From: Octopus vulgaris
Taxonomy: Eukaryota
Reading direction: 5' to 3'
DNA: 64,000 nucleotides
Assembly (NCBI GenBank): GCA_951406725.2
Contig: OX597826.1
Location: 58,032,001-58,096,000, forward strand
Part shown: positions 44,502 through 56,166 of the stretch, piece by piece
Numbering within the stretch: position 1 is the first letter of the stretch
Layout: the number at the start of each line of letters is the position of its first letter
Translations under genes and position numbers: made by a program
The notes under the pieces: generated by a model
Told to the model about the DNA's origin: nothing
The model's input: only the letters and a program-made list of their open reading frames with translations
The model's database searches: none

Positions 44502-44613
44502 ATGTTTTTATGAGCAACAATTAGTTTCATGTGCTGTGAGCATGCCAGACAGTATTTTTAAACACGTCTAGCATGTTCTCAGCACATGAAACTAATAGTA
44601 GCACATAAAAACA
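44502..44613. repeat. Imperfect inverted repeat (about 48-bp arms)
   Basis: TGTTTTTATG..ATTAGTTTCATGTGCTG..GCATGCCAGAC pairs with GTCTAGCATG..CAGCACATGAAACTAAT..CATAAAAACA. Confidence 0.8.
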
Positions 44614-44695
44614 AATATTGTGTTTATTAAATAATATTTATCTCTCACCAGATGGAGTAATGTTTTTTTTTATCTTACCATCACGGAACAGTATA

Positions 44696-44755
<60 letters not shown>

Positions 44756-45551
44756 CACACATATATGAAGAGAAAGGGAAAAAGAGACGTACTGGAGAAT
44801 CTTGTGTAATACAGTGAGTTAAAAAAATGTAATTTCGGTTACCGAGATTACCGTTGCAATTAGAATACAAAAATTCCCTGTAGGACTGCTTTAAAATTTA
44901 AAAGCAACTTACCACACAGATCAGGTGATACAAATTTCGGATCAGCTAACTGAAGTCTTTCGATTCACCATACTACATACGTCAGAACGCGTGCAAAACG
45001 CTCTCATATTTTCTCTCAGCACTTGTGTGTGAGGTGAATGCGTGTGCAAGTGTGTATGTGTGTGTACTAACCTTTCATCTCCCACTTTTTATCAATCACT
45101 CTTTCTGTCTGGCGGTCTGTTTCTCACTCTCGGTCTCTCTTTCTCTCTCTCTCTATCTATACTTCCCCTGTCATTTCGCTTTCTTTGTAATCCTTCAGTT
45201 TATAAATAAAGATGTAAACATTTTCTTCTTAAATTCTTCAAATTACAACATCTTATTTCATTTGATATTTTTACACAAGAAAATAGTTTTATTTAAAAAA
45301 CAAATTCTTATATTCTAAAATCTCATATCGATTTACTGTCTTGCCTCTCTCATTGTCTACTGGTGTGTCTGTCTGCATGTTTCTCTCTCTCTCTTTCTTT
45401 CACTCACTAACTCTCTCTCTCTCTTTCTCACTCTCTCCAAACATTATATTCGTGTGTGCATATGAAAGACAAAGGGTTATAGTTGAATCGAGAATAGATC
45501 TTGACTCCAACGTTCGAATCATTTAGACGTATATTTACACATACACACATG

Positions 45552-45658
<107 letters not shown>

Positions 45659-45857
45659 TACTGATTACAGTCACTGAACTTCGTGCAAGCAGGTGTACCA
45701 TCTCTAGGGGGCTTAATCGATTTTACGTCAAATACTTTGTATTATTGTTCCGATAGAAACCCAAAATGGGAGATCACTCGGCCATGCATAAATTACAAAA
45801 ATACCGCAAGGTATTTTTATTATTTTGTTCCACTCACTAGTTTTCTTCACTCTATGC

Positions 45858-45910
<53 letters not shown>

Positions 45911-46270
45911 GTGTCTGATTCTCGAGGCTGGTTGGTCATGTCTCGTGCCATCAACATTCAGACATCCCCAATCAACTCGTTTGCTCCCCTTGGTGCATCT
46001 AAGCCCTTCGGCATCGCACTAACTTCACATTCCTTTCTTCCCAGACCCTGGGACCTTTGGAGTCTGTAGCCGGCACCTGTCTTTCCTGCAGGCATTGAGC
46101 TGCAACATTCTAAACATTCTAAACGGAACATTAACGGCATCAAACTCACCGGTCTCGAAGAGCTTGCAAATGTCATGGGCATTCAAATTTACAATTTACT
46201 CCAGATTCAACAAGTAATGTGTATGTGTGGGGGATGTGTCTGTTATATATATATATATATATATGCATGA

Positions 46271-46319
<49 letters not shown>

Positions 46320-46345
46320 GGAGACCAAAAGTGTACGTACGCCGC

Positions 46346-46409
<64 letters not shown>

Positions 46410-46481
46410 GGAGTAAACACATAAATGTGAAACAATGTGGAAAAAAGAGTACTCAAATACCAGTGGTAGAGTAATATGCTT

Positions 46482-46637
46482 TATTCAAAAGCAGCAGAAA
46501 ATTCAACAAAACCTGTTACTCTGAGTTTCACGTTCCCGTTTTTGCTAAGCAGTTTTTGCTAAGCAAAACTGTCCGACGAACGGGAACGTGAAACTCAGAG
46601 TAACAGGTTTTGTTGAATTTTCTGCTGCTTTTGAATA
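46482..46637. repeat. Perfect 59-bp inverted repeat (46482-46540 / 46579-46637), probable inverted Penelope-like pLTR
   Basis: The two arms are exact reverse complements, and the right arm overlaps a hammerhead motif. Confidence 0.9.
46565..46611 (+). ncRNA. Minimal type I hammerhead motif with U4C core variant
   Basis: aaaaCTGT-CCGACGA-ACG-ggaa-CGT-GAAAC-TCAGA-GTA-ACAGgtttt. Stem III is ACTC-A-GAGT. Confidence 0.7.
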
Positions 46638-46639
46638 CA

Positions 46640-47584
<945 letters not shown>

Positions 47585-47591
47585 ATATATA

Positions 47592-48134
47592 CAGGGTCAG
47601 GCAAAATGATCTGACACATTTGTAGGTTAAATAAAAGGCATTGTTTTTCGTTTCTTTTTCAGTTGCTGCCATGAATTGGACTGGTGAGCATCGCGCTTTC
47701 ATTATCAAAACAAACGATTCTGTAACTGCAACACAAAGAGCGTTCCGTTTGCACTTCAATCTTGGTAGACATGATCCCGTACCAGCTCGAAACACGATCT
47801 TGTTATGGGTTACCAACTTCAGAGCTACTGGATCTGCATTGAAACGAAAATCAACCGGCCGACCTCGCACCGCCAGAACTTAAAGATGCAATTCGTCAAG
47901 AAATTACTGCCATTCCACATGAAATGACCCGCCGAGTTATTGACAACTTTCGTGAACGCCTTCGACAGTGTGTGGACAATAATGGATCCCATTTGACTGA
48001 TTTAATTTTAAAAACATAATGAAACAAAATGGCATTATATGTTCTTTTCAAAAATAAAAACACTTTTTTGCTTCTTTACTTCATTTGCCTTTTATTTAAC
48101 CTACAAATGTGTCAGATCATTTTGCCTGACCCTG
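47592..48134 (+). mobile_element. Internally deleted Tc1/mariner element (DUF4817-like HTH transposase)
   Basis: Perfect TIR of about 49 bp (CAGGGTCAGGCAAAATGATCTGACACATTTGTAGG...) with TA TSD. N-terminus MNWTGEHRAFII...TQRAFR...TGRPRTART (from 47671) is joined out of frame to C-terminus ELKDAIRQEITAIP...FRERLRQCVDNNGSHL (to 48019). Confidence 0.92.
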
Positions 48135-48355
48135 TATATGAATATATATTGTTTTATTCATTTTTAACTTATTTGAGTCATTAGACGGCACCCATGCTGC
48201 AGCACCGCCTTGAAGAACTTTTAGTCGAATAAATCGACTCTGGTACTTATACTATCGATCTCTTTTTGTCGACCCACTAGGTTAATGGGGCTTAGACAAA
48301 ACATCACCGGTTGTCAAGCGGCGTGGGGGGGGACAAGCACAGATACGAACACGCA

Positions 48356-48419
<64 letters not shown>

Positions 48420-48952
48420 CATATATATACGACGGATTTCTTTCAGCTTCTGTCCTCTCATAGGACTATAGGGAAGACACCCGCCCACTCAGTGGGATTG
48501 AAACCGGACCGTTTAGTGGGGAAGCAAAACTCTTACCACGCAGCCATATGTACGTACGTACGCATGTATGTATGTATGTATGTATGTATGTATGTATGTA
48601 TGTATTTATGTTCAAATCCCACTTAGTTCCATGTCGTTTTTCAACTTTACAAGGATTACTATAATTAGTACCAGCTATATACTGAGGCCCACCATATTGA
48701 CTGTACCCACTCCCCATCATTTCACTTTGTTGCATTTGAACGAAAAACTTAGAAACCATTATTCTCTGTCTCTTAGTCGAATGAATTGAGCCTGGTTCTT
48801 ATACTATCGATCTCTTTTTGCCGAACCACTAGGTTACTGGGACTTAAACATGAGTTTTAACGTGAATTATGAAATGGAAGTTATATTGTCGATGTTTTCG
48901 TAAAGGTATTAGCGAAATAGTAAGAAATAGTTCTGCAAGGAAATCGGGAGCA

Positions 48953-49181
48953 AATTCGGTGGTACATTTTCTGTGAACTTCTTTACCACAAGGGTTACGG
49001 TCACACAAGAAACAACAATTTTTATAATGCCGCAGGTGGCCCCAAGTATATTACTGATATTTCATTCAATCATTTGACTCAAGATCTTACTGTTATAAAT
49101 GTATGACACTCATGTATCAGATCTTGCGTCAAACAACTGTAACATTATTGTTTTGTACTGAGCTATTGAATGACGCTCAGT
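48953..49181 (+). repeat. Dispersed duplication, copy 1 (copy 2 at 50838-51061)
   Basis: AATTCGGTGGTACATTTTC...GAATGACGCTCAGT is nearly identical at both sites. Confidence 0.9.
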
Positions 49182-49522
49182 TACAAAATATTGTCACAGC
49201 TGTGTAACGCTCAGAGGCGAGATATTGCTTTTACTGTTGTATGATACTCAGATACGAAACATTGCTGCTTCATTTGTGTGAAGCTCTGATATGAGACATT
49301 GTTGTTACAATTGTACGACGCTCAGATAAAAAACATTGCTATTACAATTGTATGAATTGTATGTCACTCAGTTAGAAGACAGACTCCATTCTGACTTGAT
49401 GAGGACAGCTAAATTGGTTTATTTCAAACAATCAGATACCTCCCACCAAGGACAGTCCTAATGAAGCAGATCTATGATGAAAAATATTTCAACCTTAATA
49501 ATTCCGTATTTTTTCCAAACGT

Positions 49523-49940
49523 AGGCACAGGAGTTGCTGTGTGGTAAGTAGCTTGATAACCTACCACATGGTTCCGGGTTCAGTTCCACTGCGTGGCACC
49601 TTGGGCAAGTGTCTTCTACTATAGCCTCGGGCCGACCAAAGCCTTGTGAGTGGATTTGGTAGACGGAAACTGAAAGAAGCCCGTCGTATATATGTATATA
49701 TATATATATATATGCGTGTGCGTGTTTGTGTGTCTGTGTTTGTCCTCCTAGCATTGCTTGACAACCGATGCTGGTGTGTTTATGTCCCCGTTACTTAGCG
49801 GTTCGGCAAAAGAGACCGATAGAATAAGTACTGGGCTTACAAAAGAATAAGTCCCGGGGTCGAGTTGCTCGATTAAAGGCGGTGCTCCAGCATGGCCGCA
49901 GTCAAATGACTGAAACAAGTAAAAGAGTAAAAGAGAGAGT
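49523..49940 (+). mobile_element. SINE family A, full length
   Basis: Full match to the family; flanked by AAACGT. Confidence 0.9.
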
Positions 49941-49978
49941 AGTAAACGTGGAAAGATTCAAACTAAAACCCTCTAAAC

Positions 49979-50558
49979 CAGTGTTCCTCAACCCTTTTTA
50001 ATATCCAGGATTTGGATCTGTTCAGATCCAAACCCTGGATTTTTGTTTTAGGAGCTGCACCGTAAAAAATTGAACACAAGTCTATTAAAGTAAACTTTAT
50101 TGTATACTAGCAGTATCGCCCGGCGTTGCTCGGGTTTGTAAGGGAAATAAGTATATAAGCATTTTTAGAGAGTTATAGCCAAAAAATAGCAAAAAATGCA
50201 TTAAAAATGGGGAAAAAAATGATGGTAAATTTTTTATTTTAATCGTTGACTCATCGTAGACATTTTTAGGGAGTTACTTCCCTTATATAATAGCGAAAAA
50301 ATGCATTAAAATGGAAAAAAATGATGGTAATTTTTTTTTTAATCGTAGACTCATCGTAAACGTGCGCTAATACCCAGAAGGGCTCGATATGAATCACGAC
50401 TATAAGATACCCGGTTTTGGTTAAACTGCACCGCAAACTGTGGGAGTAGTTAGGAATCTAAATCGTAGGAGACAGACACACAGCTTCTCTTTTATATATA
50501 AAGATATAGAGAGAAGACATATACACGCTGTCCTTGGAGCCGCGTTTAAAAACTGCTA
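49979..50558 (+). mobile_element. hAT-like MITE interrupted by a Helitron
   Basis: CAGTGTTCCTCAACC ... GTTTAAAAACTGCTA degenerate TIRs, flanked by CTCTAAAC / TTCTAAAT (8-bp TSD-like). Confidence 0.55.
50107..50504 (-). mobile_element. Non-autonomous Helitron (same family as 19062-19357, with an internal duplication)
   Basis: TC...CTAG termini, terminal hairpin and insertion at an AT dinucleotide. Confidence 0.9.
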
Positions 50559-51212
50559 TTCTAAATGGTTATTCACCTTACTAGAAATAGCAGTAAAGCC
50601 ATATCTCGCTCAATTAACTCCTTAAAATCTTGAACAAAATAAGGAGGTACAGTCATGGCTGCACTACGTCGGGAAATAAGGTGGGATGGTCAGAACTGGA
50701 ATACAATCGACCATATTTCTGCTTGATCAAAGCCGATTTAGAATTTATCTACAAGAACAACAACAATAGCGAATACAAAAATGAACCAGCAGAAGAGCCT
50801 GTACACAGTTTGCTTGACTGGTTAGAAATAACAGCATAATTCGGTGGTACATTTTCTGTGAACTTCTTTACCACAAGGGTTACGGTCACACAAGAAACAA
50901 CAATTTTTATAATGCCGCAGGTGGCCCCAAGTATATTACTGATATTTCATTCAATCATGTGATTCAAGATCTTACTGTTATAAATGTATGACACTCGTGT
51001 ATCAGATCTTGCGTCAAACAACTGTAACTGTTTTGTACTGAGCTATTGAATGACGCTCAGTCAAGTCACATCCTACTGAACGGGCATGTTGCATAATGTA
51101 GTTCTAGGTTCACTCGTATCTGTGTAGAAGACAGAATAGGAATGGCTGGAACGGATTGAACGCCATTTTTTTGCTCATAGGTATTTTCGATCAACACTGA
51201 ACTAGGACTAAA

Positions 51213-51244
<32 letters not shown>

Positions 51245-51724
51245 ACAAAAAACAATGCATAATGGCATAAATACCTTAGCAGCCGTCGTACAAATTCTGC
51301 CACAACTGGATTGGTTACAGGAAAACTTGGGAGAACACTACTTGTTCTTTCAGACCGCCACCCCATATAAAAAAAAAAAAAAAAAAGAAACTTGGCTAAA
51401 TTTGAAGAGAAAAAAGGAAAAAGAGATTAAATATAGATAAGCAAAAAAAAAAAAAAATTAAGTCAATATATTTAAAAAGAAAAATAAAGTTTTTTTTTTT
51501 TCAAGAACAGCTTGATTTGCAAATTTGGTCTCCAGGCGTGTTGTAAGTGAGAACGACATACGATGGTGAATAGCAGATGGATAGGTCCATTTTACAGACA
51601 TGACAGACCAATGGAAAGATAACTCGTACAGTAAAACGTACACATGACATACATACGTATGCGTTCGAACGCACGTTCGCAGACAACTACAACCACATAC
51701 ACACGCACACAAAGACGCACACAC

Positions 51725-51803
<79 letters not shown>

Positions 51804-52209
51804 TGCATATATATATATATATATATGCATATATATATATATATGCATATATATATGCATATATACCTATATGCACATATAAGTACGTATATGTGCATAT
51901 ATGTATGCCTTTATGTTCATACACATATATGTATGTTTATATATGTATATATATATACATATATATATGTATATATATATAGAGAGAGGGGGGGAAAGAC
52001 GGAGGGAGGGAGGGACATATACCCACACATATAAACACACACATATACGTATTCACAAATGTATTCACGCATAAACGCGTTTGTATTCGCGCATAAACAC
52101 GCACACACATATGCTCGCATATATATATGTTGTGTGTGTGAATGCATGCGTGTGTGAATGTGTGTACGTGTGTGTGTGTGTATACATGACTTGATGCAAA
52201 TATTCACAC

Positions 52210-52240
<31 letters not shown>

Positions 52241-52314
52241 CATGTATTGTCGGATACACCCAAATGTGTATACATATATTCATATACATACGTATATACA
52301 TATATACATAAATA

Positions 52315-52362
<48 letters not shown>

Positions 52363-52450
52363 CGTATATATATATATATATATAAGTATGTATGTATGTA
52401 TGTAGGTATGAATGTATGTATGTATGTATGTATGTATGTATGTATGTATG

Positions 52451-52562
<112 letters not shown>

Positions 52563-53869
52563 TGTATCTATGTATGTACGTATACCCTTCACATACACAA
52601 ATAAACCAACGATCAGAAAAACCTCCTACTTTAGTTGTGATCCAGGGTAAAGTGAAATTACTCACTTTACCCTTCACTGAAGAATTTGTCTCTGATGCAG
52701 AAGAAAATATCTTTCATCGCCCCAGTTCTATTTTATTTTATTTTATTTTATTTCATTTATATTTATTTTATTTATTTTTTTATTGTTTTGCTTTACATTT
52801 TAGTTATTTTTTTTAGTTATTTATTTTGAATTCTTTCTTTTCTTATTTTCTGGGTATCAGTCCCGAAAATTATAGACTCTCACTCAATCTCGTCATCGGT
52901 GGCGGAAAAGACAACAACAACAACAAAAAGCTAAGATAACAGCAGCAGCGGCAGCGGCAGCAGCAACAATAACACACACTCATACACACACACAGACACA
53001 CACACACAACAAAAAAATAACAATAACAATAACAGCAGCAACAACAACAGTTCCACCAAGAACCTCATATTCTCTCCACATGCCTTTATCTGTTTTTGCT
53101 TTTTCTCCTGGTAAGGCACAATAATGGTAAATACAATATCATCGTCAACAAAAGAAAGAAAAAAATCGAGGAAGCTTTGTTTACTCCCCCCCCAAAAAAG
53201 AACAAAATAAATGAACAAATAAAAAAATATACAAACATGTATCTCTCTACCCTTCTTTTATATTATATTACCCCTTAAAACACACAAATAAATAAATCAA
53301 TCAAAAAATAACCAAACGGAAAATATAACGTATAAAATAATGCTAATCTTCCGTTCCCCCTTTTTTTTTTCTAAGCTTTTTTTTTTTGTTAACCCCTTAA
53401 AACAAAAAAATAAATAAACATTTAAAACTAATGTAATGCTAATCTTCCTCTCGTTTTTAGTTTTGCTTCCTTTTTGTTAACCCCTTAAAAAAGAAATAAT
53501 AAAAATAAATGTTAACTCCATCCCACCCCAAACCATTCCCAACCTTTTGTTTAAGGTGGATGAGTGGGGTTCCATGTATTCCTTTCCCTCATCCACCCCC
53601 AGTTAATTTATCTTCTTTTTTAATATTTTTTTTCATGGAGAAGAAATTTAACTTCTCTCTCAACAATGTCAGACGTTGCTTGGCTTAGCTTGGTTTGGCA
53701 TGTATTGGCCTCTTTAAGGTCATAAAACAAGAAATCATGTTTAGACTGATAGATTATTAGTGTCTTAAACTTCGTAACGTTATGTAATCATAAACAAATG
53801 TGTTTTGTTTTTAAAGATACATAATATTTTGTTAGTTTCGGACACTAGAATACTATCTTTATAAATAAA

Positions 53870-54427
53870 CAAGGCCCGAAATTTTGGGGGAGGGGGCCAG
53901 TCGATTAGATCGACCCCAGTGCGTAATTGGTACTTAATTTATCGACCCCGAAAGGATGAAAGGCAAAGTCGACCTCGGCGGAATTTGAACTCAGAATGTA
54001 AAGGCAGACGAAATACCTATTTCTTTACTACCCACAAGGGGCTAAACACAGAGGGGACAAACAAAGACAGACAAACGGATTAAGTCGATTACATCGACCC
54101 CAGTGCATAACTGGTACTTAATTTATCGACCCCGAAAGGATGAAAGGCAAAGTTGACCTCGGCGGAATTTGAACTCAGAATGTAAAGGCAGACGAAATAC
54201 CTATTTCTTTACTACCCACAAGGGGCTAAGCACAGAGGGGACAAACAAAGACAGACAAACGGATTAAGTCGATTACATCGACCCAGTGCGTAACTGGTAC
54301 TTAATTTATCGACCCCGAAAGGATGAAAGGCAAAGTCGACCTCGGCGGAATTTTAACTCACTACGTAACGACAGACGAAATACGGCTACGCATTTCGCCC
54401 GGCGTGCTAATGTTTCTGCCAGCTCGC
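53870..54427 (-). mobile_element. SINE family B trimer (B1-B1-B2 tails)
   Basis: Junctions at about 54016 and 54200; flanked by TACTATCTTTATAA. Confidence 0.9.
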
Positions 54428-55090
54428 TAACTTACTATCTTTATAACTATTGATATAGAAATCATATAATCCTACATGTTATTTTTTTCTTTCCCTCTCA
54501 TTTTCTTTTAACGAAGTTCTTTGTTTATTTGAGTTTCGCACCACCACCTTTCACTCATGGAAATGGGTGTTGAGAAAAGGCTTGGATTGGAAGAACCGTT
54601 CGAGAGACGATCAAAAATGCCTTCCAAAATGCAGTATATCATCTGATATTTTGTAAATTGAAATCTTCGTCGAGGTCAGTTTTTGCTCTTCACTCGTCCC
54701 AAGTACTGACGTCGATGCCAATCGATTAATCCTTGTCAGACTTGGTGCCTATGCTGATGAGATTTAAACACTACGAAACTAGTTTGGAATTATCAGCATA
54801 CTGCTAATGATCAGACTCACTTCAGGCTGCAGTTTATATTTAATTCTAATTAAATATAGCGGGGTTTTTTTTAAACCAAACCTAGATTTTAGTAACTGAT
54901 TCATCTAATTTCTTAAATATTTTAATCAATTGGAATGTTTTATCAACTACATCAAACATACTATTGCCTATTTACAATTAAATTTAGCTGCAGTAGGCTT
55001 CTTCAAGTGTTTTAAGAGTATGTATATGTATATGTCTGCGTACACATACACACACTTATATATATATGCATATACATATATATGTATATG

Positions 55091-55148
<58 letters not shown>

Positions 55149-55680
55149 TAAAAAAATACAAACTGGGACAAGAACGCAAAACATTTAGAAGACGATACAA
55201 AAAACCCGGACGGGACATTCGAAGCCTTCAATCTTCAGTCAAGAACCGGATCACCCTCACAATTTCGGCTGAATGTATTTGTGTGTGTGTGTGAAAATAT
55301 ATATATATATGTATTCTTAACTCTATTATATATATACATACATATATAAAATAGAGTTAAGAATGAGTACGCTTAGACAGCTATTTGATATACACTACAC
55401 ATTTAACCCGTTGCTTAATTTAAATCCTTTGTATATGTGGATCTATTTTGTATCGAAACTGTTGTTTATTAAATAGCTGTCTAAAAGTGCACATTCTTGA
55501 CTCTATTTATTCAATTTTATTTTATTTTCACAAACGATGAATGCCTAAACCTAGACTTGGAAATATATCGTGATACTATCGGTTATTTGGTAATTCTAAG
55601 GGTGAACGAGCTCTACTTTGAACTCTAATACATTCCTAATGGAAAACACCTTAAGTTATATGTATGTATTTATATATATA

Positions 55681-55924
55681 TATTCTGTTGTGTCTGGGGA
55701 GAGCCATTCTCTTTTAGTGCCTTATTATTTAACACACTTATTTCCACTTATTTCTTATCTTTATTTTCTAAAATTTTCGTTGCGTCTTGCAACCTTTTCA
55801 ATAGTCTTGACTCAGAAAGTCTTGACTTAGAAAATAAAAATAAGAAATAAGTGGAAATTTTACCGGTGAGTGTGTTAAATAATAAGGCACTAAAAGAGAA
55901 TGACTCCCCAGACACAACAGAATA
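55681..55924. repeat. Inverted repeat of about 90-bp arms enclosing a hammerhead motif (probable inverted Penelope-like pLTR)
   Basis: 55681-55771 versus 55827-55924 are reverse complements apart from small indels. Confidence 0.85.
55768..55804 (-). ncRNA. Minimal hammerhead motif with U3-A8 covariation and AATT palindromic stem III
   Basis: Minus strand: CTA-TTGAAAA-G-GTTGC-aagac-GCAAC-GAAAATTT-TAG. Confidence 0.55.
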
Positions 55925-55934
55925 TGCTTCAACA

Positions 55935-56166
55935 AGGCGGCGAGCTGGCAGAAACCTTAGCATGTCGGGCGAAATACTTAGCGGTATTTCGTCTGCCGAT
56001 ACGTTGTGAGTTCAAATTCCGCCGAGGTCAACTTTGCCTTTCATCCTTTCGGGGTCGATTAAATAAGTACCAGTTACGCACTGGGGTCGATATAATCGAT
56101 TTAATCCGTTTGTCTGTCCTTGTTTGTCTTCTCTGTGTTTAGCCCCTTGTAGGTAGTAAAGAAATA
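55935..56166 (+). mobile_element. SINE family B with TSD AGAATATGCTTCAACA
   Basis: Full head and B1 tail with the direct repeat on both sides. Confidence 0.9.
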
